Assembly (NCBI GenBank): GCA_032718475.1
Contig: JAUCBJ010008580.1
Coordinates: 1 to 64,000, forward strand
Length of the DNA stretch: 64,000 nucleotides
Source: Nemertoderma westbladi
Lineage: Eukaryota > Animalia > Xenacoelomorpha
Direction: 5' to 3'
In this document: positions 10,801 through 23,770 of the stretch, in pieces
Layout of the letters: every line of letters starts with the position of its first letter
How positions within the stretch are numbered: position 1 is the stretch's first letter
Made by a program: the position numbers and the translations under genes
Notes under the pieces: generated by a model
Database searches by the model: none
What the model saw: the letters and a program-made list of their open reading frames with translations, nothing else
What the model was told of the DNA's origin: nothing

Positions 10801-12073
10801 GAATAGGTTCGTCCAAGTTTGATGTCTTCCTTGAGGTTCTGGATTTCTCGATCGAACTGGGGTAAGGCCAACTCCTTCACCGCTTGGACTTGTTGCTGCA
10901 ACTTGCGTTTCTCCAAACAATCGTAAGTTCCTTTTCCGATCTTCTGTCGAATAGTGTCTAACGCGTTTCGTACAATGCTCTCCTCGACTTCGGTGACGGG
11001 TTGTATTGGGGTTAACCCAGGACGATTGTATGGGTTGAACGGCGATATTAGATGTCCGCGTCCTAATCCGGCTAGGTAGGATGGGCGAATATCCAGCGAG
11101 CCCACTACCGGAGTGCCACCGATTAATTGTTCGGGTAACACAAGATCCGTGAATAGTGAATACAGCTCAGGAGGATCCGTTATACTATTAGGATCAAGAG
11201 TTTGAGGTCTCACTAGGGAATGAGGAGGTCTGACTGAGTATTCCGGAACTCTGATCATGGGTTTATTCAAGGATCGTTTGAGTCGAGCGATCGTAGGTGA
11301 CACGTCGAATAAGTTTCGCTCGAAACTCCCGTAAGTATAGGGAGTAAAACTGTGTTTAGCGCAATGTCTCCGTGGATGTTTATGTCTTTCCGTTTGTTGG
11401 TTGGGTCTAGGGCATTCATCGCAATAATACCAAAGACGCACGTCCTGTAGAGGAAACGCGGGTGACCATTCTCCAGTTTTACAATATTCCTCCATCTGTT
11501 CGAAGGGACAACAGGTAGCGGTCGATCGGCGGTAAGATACATCATAGTGAAATAGAGCCGCTTGAGTTCTATCATAGGATCATGATGTATACCTTGAGGA
11601 TATCGAGTCTCTAGATTTTGTTGGCTGGCAATATTGAGATATGTTTCTCTCAAGAATTCCAGATATTCGTTGAAGTCACTGCGTTTATCCGGCTCTTCAA
11701 AGTCTTCTCTTTCGAGTCGGTTTCGAATAGAGTTCTCGTGTTCGATTCTCGGTTTGTCGTTCCGACTCCGCTGGGTATGATATTTAAAGAGAACCATTTC
11801 CCTTTCGGTGTCTACATCGTCCATATCGTGTAAATCGATAGGATGGCCAGTAGTTAAGAAGTCCATATACGCACCATTACGATGCGTATAGCGAGCAGTG
11901 AATTTTCTATAGTCCAATTCACGCGTGAGTTGTTCCTTGGACATGGGATAACGGCCATCGTCCTCAGTAGTAGAGGGACTAGTGTCACCGCGTATTAAAC
12001 TATCAACAAACGCTTGCAATGGTAGGGTATGTCGCTCTCTGATACCAAGATCATCTTCTATCAACTCCGTCAT
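7836..12073 (-). pseudogene. BEL-1 accessory ORF, about 1410 aa reconstructed: Cys/His motif, coiled coil, DEDDy 3'-5' exonuclease-like domain, zinc knuckles, basic C-terminus
   Basis: ORFs 10146-11495, 9528-10136 and 7836-9356 are one frame broken only by stops at 10146-10148 and 9528-9530; 11267-12073 joins through one frameshift near 11505. Motifs: VVTYDNEG, ILKVGSAVYGD, FVDTQLIA, SIGHLAFQEYGWNFK, PLRPSLAIYTIFENA, CHYCQLKGHESYNC. Confidence 0.85.
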
Positions 12074-12892
12074 AGCTGCTATAAGAGTTTATCAATATTA
12101 TAATTAATTATAATTAGGCTAGCGGGCGTCGCTGCCTACCCCTCATGGCCCCCGGACAGTGCAAGATCCTCAGCGCCGATATACTGTTGTCGCAGTGTCT
12201 ATCGCCAACGTAGTAGCTACACAACGACAACAATAACCAGCGCGAGTCACCCCACTGTCCGTCCCAAGGGCTTGGATTTACTTCAGGTTCTCATTGTAGA
12301 ATTAGGGCTACTTTCACAACTGCGACTAGCTACGGTAAACACACTTTAGTAGCAACATTCACCTATAAACGCACAAACTCCACACAACTGTCACAAATTG
12401 TACACATTCGGGCCATTTGTCCGTTAGTCAAGTGCCTTCCAGAATGCCACGTTATTATTATGTATCCTTGGATACTAGCAGTGCGCTATTTATTCCGTAT
12501 GCTATTCAATGGGGCAAGCTTTCTATTGTTCTTTTAACTCGCTTCTAATTCTAGCGTGGTTGTTGCTATGGTGACATTATGGAAAGCTAGCAGTAGAATT
12601 AGGGTAATTCTCATGCATACAGATCTGGGATGCTATTTAATAGTAATTCTTTAATTGTCAATATTCCCCTTTATACATGATTTTATGAATTTTATCGGCT
12701 ATTGACTATATATTGGAGATTCTTGCACACTAATATACTTAATACGGTGAATCTCCACTCCCATGATCTATTAATTAATGGAATTTTGGGAATGTTATAA
12801 ATTGTATAAAATAACAATTTATCAAATTCATGAAAGGATATGAATTTAAATTTATTCCCGTAAATTTTATTATTTAATATTAAATAGGCACA

Positions 12893-13280
12893 AATTTATT
12901 CCAGAGCATGTCTGGGAACTAGGATCCTTGATTCTAGGAAATTTGTCCTTTTAAGAGTATCGGTAAGTGCTACGATATCTTAATCGACTAGAATTTTTAA
13001 AGGATCTAAATTTTAACAGATTTTGCTTTATAAATTTTCTTGGTTCACAAACTCCTTAGAGTTTATTTGTATGCATTTACTCTATTATAACATTTGTTTT
13101 AATAGATTTTTATAAATATTAACTATGTAATATTTAAGATCGGCACCGATTTATTCCAGAACATGTCTGGGGACGTTAACCACAGATTCTAGAACTTTGT
13201 CTTTCAAGTATATCGGTGGGTGCCGCGATATCTTAATCGACTAGAATTACAGATGGTCAAAGGGTTTAACAGATTTATTT
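12893..13280. repeat. Two imperfect ~130-bp direct repeats in the pol-accessory ORF spacer
   Basis: ATTTATTCCAGA...CGATATCTTAATCGACTAGAATT...TTTAACAGATTT near 12894 and 13149; both also present at 43855-44240. Confidence 0.8.
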
Positions 13281-13803
13281 GCGTTGTACGCTACTGTTAA
13301 AGGGACATCACGCTACTATATGTATTATTTAATATATGGTATGAGAGCAATATTGCAAGAAGCAATGTCAGTGAGAAGAGGCAAGTCGTTTCCAAGGTCT
13401 ACCCAGAGCTTGGTTTAGCCGAGACACGAGGATCTGAACTTTGCATTCCTAATACTCTACTTACCAATAATACTTGAGTATAGTAGGAGCTTTATTGTAC
13501 TTTAATAAGTACGGATATTTCATCTTACTGTAGTCACGTATTTATAATATGATACGGACAGTAAGGAAAGAGAAAATAATTATTTCTCGCCATTACGCTA
13601 AATGCATATAATATAAGTAATTAAGTAATAAACGCGAATATATATTGCACTAATTCTACTAAATAACCACTAAAATAACATTCTACTAAATAAAATTAAA
13701 GAAAATGATTATTATAAAATTACATAATAATACATACCTAAATATAAAAATAATAAAAAAACGAATATAAAATAATATGGTCACACACCCACTCCAGACG
13801 CTA

Positions 13804-16800
13804 TTATGTTGGGGAGTCCCTAGATGTCTGTTGGATTAGGGAGGTGGTCGTGGGAAGAGTATCTTGCCTTCCATAGTTTCCGGACAGTTCTCTGTCTCTC
13901 TCCACTAAACATAAACGACCAACTGGGCGATTGAGCTGCTGCGTCTCGAATACAATTCCCGGTTTCTTAAAGTTACGTCGCATGGCGACGAGTTCTACCG
14001 ATCGATCGCACTAAACCGTCATCTGAGATATGAGTCTCGATGAAACAACCTGTCTGCCACCGCTTACGTGGAAGATCTGTTTCCACAATAAGGACCATGT
14101 CTCCGGCGCTGACGTTTTCTTGCTGCGCAAACCACTTGGTTCGAAGTTGTAGCGTGGGCAGATAATGTTTTTCGAAATGGTCAGCGAAACGACGGGATAA
14201 TAACTGCATAAGTTGCCAAGTTTGTTGGCAGTATTCGTCTCCGTCCGTGATTTCCGATCGTGGGAGCATGGCTACAGGTTTCTTCAGTAGGAAGTGCGCG
14301 GGTGTTAGCGCTTCCAGGGAGTCGGGACTCGATGAGACTGGCATAAGCAGTCTTTCGTTAAGATAGGCGGCGATTTCTTCCATTAACGTCCGCAAAAGTT
14401 CATCGGTGAGATACGCGCGGCACGGCACTATAAAGTGAAATGCGGTCTTCACGCTTCTTATTAATCTCTCCCAACATCCTCCCCACCAAGGGGCATCGGC
14501 GGCGTTGAATGTCCAGCTAGATGCTGTTACTCTTAGCTGATCGTCCACCTGTCTTTGGTTCCAATCTCTAACGTAAGCCTCGATCTCATTATTGGCGCCA
14601 ATGAAGTTCGTTCCCTTATCCGATCTCATCATGTTGCTAGTTCCAAAGCGAGCGATCTGTCGGCGTAGACTCAGTATGAAGCTGTTGGTAGATAGATCGT
14701 TCACCATATCTAAATGGATCGCTCTACAAGTCATACAGACAAAGATGACACACCATCGCTTGACTATAGTCCTGGCACGATATACTTCAATAGGGCCAAA
14801 TAAATCCACACCGGTATTAGTAAAGGGTGGTTCATAGAAGCTTACTCGTTCCTTAGGTAATTCTGCCTCTCGCTGTGTTAAAGGCCTACTGAATGCTTTC
14901 CTACAGGGTATACAGTTCCTAAGAACTTGGTTCAGAGCTCTACGGGGTTTATGAAAATAATAGCGAGTTCGAATTTCGCTAAGAACTCGTTCTCTACCAG
15001 CATGGTAAAGCTTACTGTGAACATCTACAATCATCTTGATTTGTATTTCAAGATTTCTAATGAGTATGGGAAACTTAGTGTCAAAGGATAATGGAGCATT
15101 AGTTAGTCTCCCTCCAACACGTATTAACCCATCTATCATTGTGCTAGAGAAACGATCCCTTAAGCGCATCTGTGGATTTCTCAACAACAGGAAATACTTA
15201 TCGGAATCTTCATAGCATTGCAGGAGTCTCAGTATCTGCTTATTGGTTTCTTCATGCTCCTGGTAACTGATCTTCTCCATCAGAAACCTATCTGAGATTT
15301 TATATTTGGGAAGATCTTTAATAGCATGGACCTGCACAGATGTCAGTGGAGCGGTATCACTAGCGATCTTCGTCCTGGAGTAGTGATAATGGAAGCATCG
15401 CTTCAAATACGCAACGGCCTTACAAAGCTGATTCCAGGAGCTATAGTGATGTATCGCTCTCTGTAGGAGAGGTGAGAGTCCCTGTGAAACGTCTGGTGTT
15501 CCCGATTTCCAGTCTCTCTCTCTGATTTCCACAACAGACTTATTTGTGGCAGGGGAGTTTAGATCCACAGTGTCGTCTCCGGAAATATGTAGTACAGACA
15601 GATCTATCACGGTTAAATAACTTCGATTTACTCGTCCGGGTTTTAGGTTTGACTTTCTCCGCTCCCTTGGCTTGTCTAATCTCAGCCGTGGTGAGATGAG
15701 GAGGCCATTCATCTTCTTCTTTACTATGGAAGTCGGGTCCACCTAACCAGTCCGGAGTGTCTACCAGTTCTTGAGGAGTTGCTCCTCTGGAGGCGATGTC
15801 GGCTGGATTAATCATCCCAGGGCAATGTCTCCATTGATCTACACTAGTGCGACTAAGTATAACGGCTACTCTGTTGGTAACGAAGATGCTGAACTGACAG
15901 ACTTCATTGGTTATATACTCCAAAACGAGTAAAGCATCAGTCCAATAGACAGTTTTCTCCAGTGGATAGTCGATCTGTTCTGTGACATTCCGGCCGATAG
16001 CTGTAGCGTATAGAGCCACTTTTAACTCCGCTCGAGGAACTCGTAGCTTGTTGTTTATCAAGGCCTTAGAGGTAACCAAGGCGACTTTAATTCCATCCGG
16101 AGTTTCAACTCTCAGGTAGGCTACTATACCTATTCCCATATCGCTGGCGTCCCAAACACATGGAGTTGATAGGAATACGTGGGGAGAACATGACCAAAAT
16201 ATGAACGGGAAATTATAAAGTTCTCGATGGATGGTAGAGCATCCCACGAGTGGTTTTCAAGCCACATTTGTTGAACTAAACTCCGAGCGACCAATATAAC
16301 TGAGCTAATAAATCCCAATGGATCGAAATAAGTGCTCAGGATACTTAGACAAATCCGTTTAGTTCGAACTGGATTATCTCGCTGTTTTAGCTGGAAAAAC
16401 AGGATATCTCTCTCTGTGTCCCATTTCAAACCAAGCGTCTTGGTTTCTGGAAGATTGTCTTTGATTAGGTCCAGGTCTTTAACTCCTCAGTCTTCTACCG
16501 GGATCGATTCCAGAAACTCACGGGAGTTACTGGTGAATTTAGTTAGTCGAAATCCACCACGTTTCAAACACTCTACCGTTCCCTTGGCAACATCAATGGC
16601 TTCTTCCACCAATGGGAGGGACTTTAAATTATCGTCCATGTATATATCCCGTTTGATGTTGTCGATAACCGCTTTAGAGAAGGCGTCTCGGTTGTCATCA
16701 GCAGTGGTGCGCACTACTGAACAGGCATTCGAGGGGCTCGAGATGATTCCGAAAGCCTGGATGGTCATCCAGTACTCCACAGGTTTTTGGCTGAGGTCTC

Positions 16801-19800
16801 CTTCAGGCCACCACAGAAATCGCAGGCTGTCTCGATCCCTATCCAGCGCCTTAACTTGTAAGAACATGCCTTCTATATCTGAGGCGAAGGCGATCGAATA
16901 TTGCCGTAATCTTAAGAGTATTCCCAACAAGGATTGGAGTAAGTTGGGTCCCGGCAACAACTCCGAATTAAGGGATTGGCCCATGTAAAGGACGGAGCCG
17001 TCAAATACCAGCCGAACTTCGTTGGGTTTACCGGGTTTGGGAACGTAATGATGGGTTAAATAATACATTCTCTCAGTTATGGGTGTTTCTTCCGGTACTC
17101 GCTCCGCATATCCCTTATCGATGAATTTCCTCAACTGTGTCTTGTACATCTCTTTAGACCAATTTCATACCTCCCTTGATCCCTAAGGAAACGTGTAGTC
17201 GTTGCCTGGATCTGCTTGGCTCTTTCCTCCTCGACTGATAGTGCTTTGTCGTAGGAATTAGGCTCTACTGCTTCTTGAGTAAAGAATCGTACGGCGTGTT
17301 CGTCGCGAATCTTTGCATTATGTCGATCTATCACCTCATTTAACTCATCGTCATAATTGAGTTGTCCGCCATGATGGACGAGATGGCAAAGGTGCACTTG
17401 GTTTCTCCAAGCTTCACTTTCAGTGAGGAGGTCTATCGTATTTTCCTCGTCAAATAGCTGGGTAATATCGTCGTTATCTGAGGAGTATGGTGTTCCCTCA
17501 GGTGTGATTTCTCCCTCACTGATTTCTTCTTCCCATTCACTCACCTGATGCACTTGTTCAGTGGGTAATCTTTCCATGAGCGTTCTATGAGAAGGTCCAG
17601 TGAAGTACCAACCTACTCTAGTTCTTCCTGCATAGGTTTGCAATGGTTGCGGTCGAGCAGGTCGTTTCTCTAATGTCTCAAGCGCCTCATGCGCATTTTG
17701 GCCGATTAAAATTTGCACCCCTGTGTTGAATCGGTGTTGAATCTAGGGATATTATGTTGCTGGGTAAAATCGTCTTCATCCCAGTTGTAAGGTTCTACTT
17801 GGCTGGTAGCAAAGTTCTTTATCGCCACCATTTTTACTGACCTTATACTGTGTTCTCCTAGTTCATCTTGGGGAGTGGACAACGCACCTACATAGTAGTC
17901 TGTAGCTACGGTAGATTTCTAAACCTGCATAATTCCTGAAAGGTTCAACTTAGTTCGGAACTTGGGTTGTCCTGCAAAGATGTCCCCGGCTAGTTCTTTA
18001 TCGATGAACGTTCCTGTGCTGCCGGAGTCCAAGAGTGCGTTGACTATAAAACTCTTACTCAACCCATGGACTCTTAGCTGAACTACGGGGAATTCCCGGA
18101 TTCAGACGTTGGAAGTTGGTGCTTTCCAAGATGGTTGTCGGTCAGGAATAGCCGGGTGCGCTTCGTTATCGGTTTCAGTCTCATACGTAAGCGCTTGATA
18201 CACCGCTGTGTTTATTAGATAACAGGATTCGTTTTCGTCGGAGAATTCATCCGTGTAGAATCCTTCCATCTCAGAACTTTGGTCAGTGTCGTTCACATCA
18301 CTGAATTGGACATGTAGTTCGGACTCACTTACCTGACTCAGGCTGTTTCTTTCAAATTCGGTGTGCAACAAGATATGATGTTTCGCGCCGCACTTAGCAC
18401 ACCTCGCATCAGAGTAACAGGTTCGCCGTTGGTGTCCTTGTCTGAGACAATTATAACACAACCGCTTATCCCACATGACATCACGTCTATCCTTTAGGGA
18501 TTTCTTTAAGAATTCATCACACACACTTAAACGGTGGGGCCCGTCGCACAATGCACATTTTGGTTTGATGTTACTTACTTTACCTTGGGTAATGTTGTGC
18601 ACACTCGTTCTTTCCTCGGGCTTTCTTCCATGAATTCTCTTAGGAGACGTAGGAGGAGTTTTTGTTACCTGTTCTCTCCTGTCACTAGTTCGAGATTTAA
18701 ATTTACTTACATCCTTAGGCGCTTTGTTGACATAGTAAGATCTTTCGGTGTCTTTCCCGTTGCTCCCCTCTTGAGAGGTCTGGCTTTCACAGTCGTCTGT
18801 ATAACACACTGGTGTTACCTTTCTCCTAGAAACGGGTTTTTCACTTACCTTATTTTCCGGTGTCTTCTCTCTGGACTGCTTTAGGAGCTGTAATTTTACC
18901 TCTCCATCTAAGAATGACATGAGATCAGCCATGGTAGGGTCTCTTCGTTGTTGTTACATCATATATAGAACTCTTTTGTCCCAACGAGTACCTACTCCAC
19001 CCTTCGGCAAGGTAGATGCTACAGCTCCAATAACCATAGAACTCTGATACTCATGAGACTTACCTAGCCAATCTAATTGTCTACAAATCTCCTGGATCTC
19101 ATCGGAAAATTCTATAATCCCGCTGCTAAGAAACTTTCGTGGCGCTACCAATTTCGCATACAAATACCTAGCTATGTTATTCCTATTACCATACCTGATG
19201 TTTAGTGTATCCCAGACTTGTCTTAATCCCTCTGGATGTCCAATAAACTTTAACGCCATTAACTTGGGAGATCCTTCCAAGCACTCGATGAGGAATCTAA
19301 GTTTATCTCCATTAGATAGCACAGAGTTCTGTATGTTATCTTTATAATATTCATTAAAAGGTAACAATTTTATCTCATCTCCGTTGAACTTGACGATCTC
19401 TCCCACCTTTACCACTTGTTGGGCTTCGGTTCTAGCCATTTGACGCGTAAAACTTTCTTGGGCCATCGTATTATTTAATATCGAGTTATCGGTATATAAA
19501 TTTCTCGGATTAGGATCAGGTCTATATGGGATATCATTATCAACAGGTTTATCGTTACCCTTAATAGGGTTTACTATAGGAGTTTCTACTTCACTAGCAG
19601 TATAGATGCGTATAGGCTCCACACCTTGCGCATAAAATACTTCAGACCTAACAGGTTGACACATTGTTACAGGGGGTGGTGTTATACCCCTTTGTATATT
19701 TACTAATTTATCGCGTTCTAACGCGATACTCTGCTGCACTTCTTGCAGTTCTAACCTACCCTCTCTTACTGTTCCCTTTAACTGCTGCACAGTCCCTTCC

Positions 19801-21794
19801 ATTTCTCGGACGTGTTGGGAGGAACGGATGCGCTGTTCCTCCAATTGTCCGAGCAGGAGATCCATCCCCCGCCGTCCCTCATCCACCCACTCGACCGCCG
19901 AAGCGGGAGCCGCCAACATAGTAGCGGGTAGACGAGGGACGACGGGTGATAAATCATTGATGTCTCGCTCGGCGTCCAAGACTGGGACTGTTTCTGCGGC
20001 TATTTTATTGGGCACAGGTAATTTAGTACTGTGTAAAGGGAATTTAGAGTTAGGTTCTGGAAGTACAGGTATCTCCATCACCAAAGGGGTGGCTTCGAGA
20101 ACAGGCCTAATTATTTCAGGCTCATCTACTATAGTAGGGAGTCTTTCTACTCTAATAATTTGGTCTGTGGGTTCTGTACTACCTAAGTCTGCTATAGCTA
20201 GTTGCCTTCTCACAGCTGGGGGCAAATTAGGCAATTTCTGATGGTGAGGCATTCTTCTACATCTGCAGGAACGAGATCTATTTCCTCCACCTTCAGGATC
20301 TGTTGTATCGCCTTCATCAGATGATGTAAATCCCTGTCTCTTGGGAGTAGATCGACTTATCATCTGCATATACTTAGCTGTTCTTTGTTTATTGAAGTGA
20401 TCTTGCTTCTCTTGAAGATTTTCCAACTCTAGTTGGACTGTCTCTTCAGATGCTCTCCGTTCTGCTGCTGCCACCGCCTCTGCTGCTTTTCTTTCTGCTT
20501 CTGCCGCTGCTACCTTTCTTTCAGCCTCTGCCTCTGCCTCTTTTCTTTCTGCCTCTGCCGCTGCCACTGCAGCTGCTGCTTTTCTTTCAACTTGTGCCGC
20601 TGCCGCTGCTGCTGTCTTTCTGTCTTCTATCCGTTTTTTCTTTAATTGTTCTTCCTGTTCCCTAGCGATAAGGATGCTTTCATCAAATTTAGCCTGTTCT
20701 ACGGCTAACATTTCCGCATCTAATGCGTCTAACACAAATTTGGCTCCCTCAGTAGTAGGATGAAGTCCAGATAGTCGTCTCCTTAGCTCTTTGTCGCCTA
20801 TAAATCATTGATAGTCCGACAGATAGATGTCAATGGCGTCCTTCTTCTGAGGTTTCTCTAATGTAACCTCGCTTTCCACCTGAGAAAAGGTAGCGTCTGT
20901 AGATTCTCCGTGGGTCGAGCGCTCAGTTAGCTGAATTTTCCATTGGGTAGTCCCTTGGACTTTAAGACTCACCCGTTGGAACCAGGTCTTTACGGCAACT
21001 TGCAACGACGTGTCTTGGCTTTTTTTCGAGGCTTCCTCAAAGGCTGATAGTATTAGTCGGATTCTTAAGATACGTTCTCTAACTTGATAAAGCAGCTCTC
21101 CCTGCTGTTGAGGTCCTTGGGGTTGTTGAAACAGTTGTTCTTCCAATCGCTCCAAAGAGCTGAAGAATCCCTGTACATATCCTGCTGCCGACCTCTTCCA
21201 CACAGCTGGATCTCTAGTGTCCTTTACCACTCCCATCCTGTATAAGTCTTCCCAGGCAGCTTCCGACAAGTTAAACGGGAGTCCAGGTCCGGGGAAGTTC
21301 CATTGCGTCTCGACAATAGACTTCAGTTCCTCTATTGTGTATCCCGCATAACTGACCTTGGTCGTTCGCTTACTTCTCGCCCAATCAATTTGGTGTTCCT
21401 CCACTGCAATCAATACTCTAGTGAGTACGGCTTCAGGAAGAATGAGAAGTGGATCCGAATAAACTGCATCTGCCATCTTTGCTCGGCGCTCGGGTGTCAA
21501 CTCTACCGTATCTGAGCTACCGGAGCTATCGGGCCGCTGAAAAATAAGTTCTCGGCTCGGGTGTTGCTGCTGTTTAACAGCTGCCTCTTGGTCCCGCTTG
21601 ACTTGAGCCCGAGTGCCTATGATAGACCTACGGTGCTTTACTAGCCTAGGGTCTGATACTACTACTGAAGGGATGACCTTTCTTACAGTAGGAGGGGACT
21701 TGAACTTCGGTCTCAAGCATTCGGTACTCCTGTCGGAGTCGCATACTGTTCTTTCTAGGAGACTATCTGACAGAGTTTGCTTTGTGTCAGCCAT
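13804..21794 (-). pseudogene. BEL-1 Gag-Pol polyprotein, disrupted by stops and frameshifts
   Basis: Gag KFNGDEIKLLPF and knuckles CYNCLRQGHQRRTC, CAKCGAKHHILLH; protease LLDSGS (~18030); RT ASDIEGMFLQ and YMDD; RNase H DAS and NPADIASRG; integrase GVDLFGP, RSDKGTNF, WERLIRS. Confidence 0.95.
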
Positions 21795-21924
21795 GTTTGA
21801 TTGTACGATTGAATGCCTACTACTATAACGACAGTTAAAGCAAGTCTAGTAATTCAGTATCAACTGTTAGCCTAGTAATTAATTACCGATATCGTTACTT
21901 AATGTAACGCGATATATATATAAT

Positions 21925-22190
21925 ATATTAGAATACCGGTATACACTTATAGTATATATATAAGTATTATTACAGACTAGGGTTTGTCACAGAATACCGG
22001 TATATAATTTCAGCACAAATATATATAAATATGTAATAAGCCTACCGTGAATACCGGTATACAGCTTACACTTATAGTATATATAAGTATAATTATAGAC
22101 TAGAATTAATTACAGAATACCGGTATATAATTTCAGCATAAATTTATAGAAATAAATATAATAAGCCTACTATAAATACCGGTAATGTCA
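21925..22190. repeat. Degenerate ~60-bp tandem repeats in the BEL-1 5' leader
   Basis: AATACCGGTA recurs near 21932, 21993, 22050, 22116 and 22175. Confidence 0.7.
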
Positions 22191-23770
22191 ATTATTTTAG
22201 AATAACTGAATTTCTGAATTTTAGGGTTACTTTTCTTTACTTTGTTACTGTTATTAAGCAGTAGTCCAACTGATATTAAGACCTAATTGATGTATGACAG
22301 GCCTACTACTTTATAAATCGGTTTGAGTTGATTTATAATATATATATACCCTTATAATGGGTTTTTGACAATATTTGAAATAAATGTTATTATTTCTGGT
22401 AAGGAGTCACTACACAGAAGCTGAACGCTCTCAGTGAAGTGCTACTTATTGGACACTAAAACAAATAATTCTACTTGACTAAGTTACTTATTACTACAAA
22501 TTACGTACAATTACAGGGTGAGATTACAATCTCTAGATAAATACAAAAATTACACGTACAAATTTTTTAGGGTAATTTTACAGGAAATCTACAAACCAGC
22601 CTAACAAGGGTTAGAATTTCTGGTTTATTCAACGGACAGGATACTACGGTATTTGAAAATAATTAAGCAGTAGTAAATAAATTGCGTTGTCCAGATAAGA
22701 AAATACCACCGTCTGACGACTTATAGTCTTTAGCTGTACAGCTCTATAAGTACTACGTTATGTACCCGTAGTGTTCCTACCTAGAAGTTAATTACCGCAG
22801 CCAACCAGAGCTAACTTGCCTATTAACCACTTTATAACACAAATATACTGCCTACACACTAATTACCTTCGGAAAGTATTGTACACTAAACCCTAAATTA
22901 GGTACAAGTACTTATACAACAAATAACCAGCAGTTAAATATACTTGTACAGCTAAAAGAACCACGGCATCTGCTGGAGTGACTAGAGCATAAAATCACCA
23001 GTCTTTACCTACGCCAAGCAGCCCTGATGCAGTACCGGGGTTAATTTAACTATAACGGTATGTATAACAAGCACAATTACTGTAGGAATAAACTTGGGGA
23101 GTTATGTATGTTGCGAATACTCGCAAATACTCTGAATAATAAATAAATACGCTACCCGTACAGACTACACAAACAAAATACAAACCAAACGCTGGCATAC
23201 TACTATCAAGCCTAAATAAACTACAGTATATGCAGACTCCGAAATGGTTAGTTAGTATGCGTTCTAACCGAGTAGCACGACTTATTCTTTCGGGGGGGAT
23301 TTACCTTACAGCACTGGATGCCCCCACCTTCCTAAGTAGTACTTTATCGGACATACACTCTACACACACTGCAATCTCTTCAGACTCAACAACAGTCAGA
23401 CAACAATCCAGCCTACAAATTATTTGTACAATCTGAGCAGGCTTACACACCCTCTGCTCAATATTACACTTACAAATAAATAAAACTGACAGAAATAAAT
23501 AAGCTCTAAAAGAAACAAGGGGTGTACAGTACAGTCCCTAATCTCTTAAACAGCCTACCTATATACAATATCACAATCGAAATAATACTGGTACCGGTAA
23601 GTACCGGTTCGGGTGGTTAGGTAGTTAGGCCTACAGGTTACCGTCCGACTGGTACAGTCGAATTTATTGCCTACGTGCAATCAAAACATAAAATCTATTA
23701 CTGTTCTTACCAGAACAGTAGACAACTGTATTTGATGTCTGCTCTGCAATCAGAAACTGAAATCTATTAC

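Noticed and set aside
11267-11500. C-terminal part of the 268-aa ORF (NRWRNIVK...MNALDPTN) as real protein, as copy 3 first suggested
   Set aside because: The BEL-2 homolog matches the other frame (FEQMEEY...WYYCDEC), placing the frameshift near 11505.
7836-12073. Accessory ORF as an env/fusion glycoprotein
   Set aside because: No N-terminal signal peptide or C-terminal transmembrane helix is visible; it has nuclease-like motifs, zinc knuckles and a basic tail.
16630-16650. YMDD RT motif as a sign of retroviral origin
   Set aside because: Surrounding motifs are plainly BEL/Pao; it is a one-base variant of YVDD.
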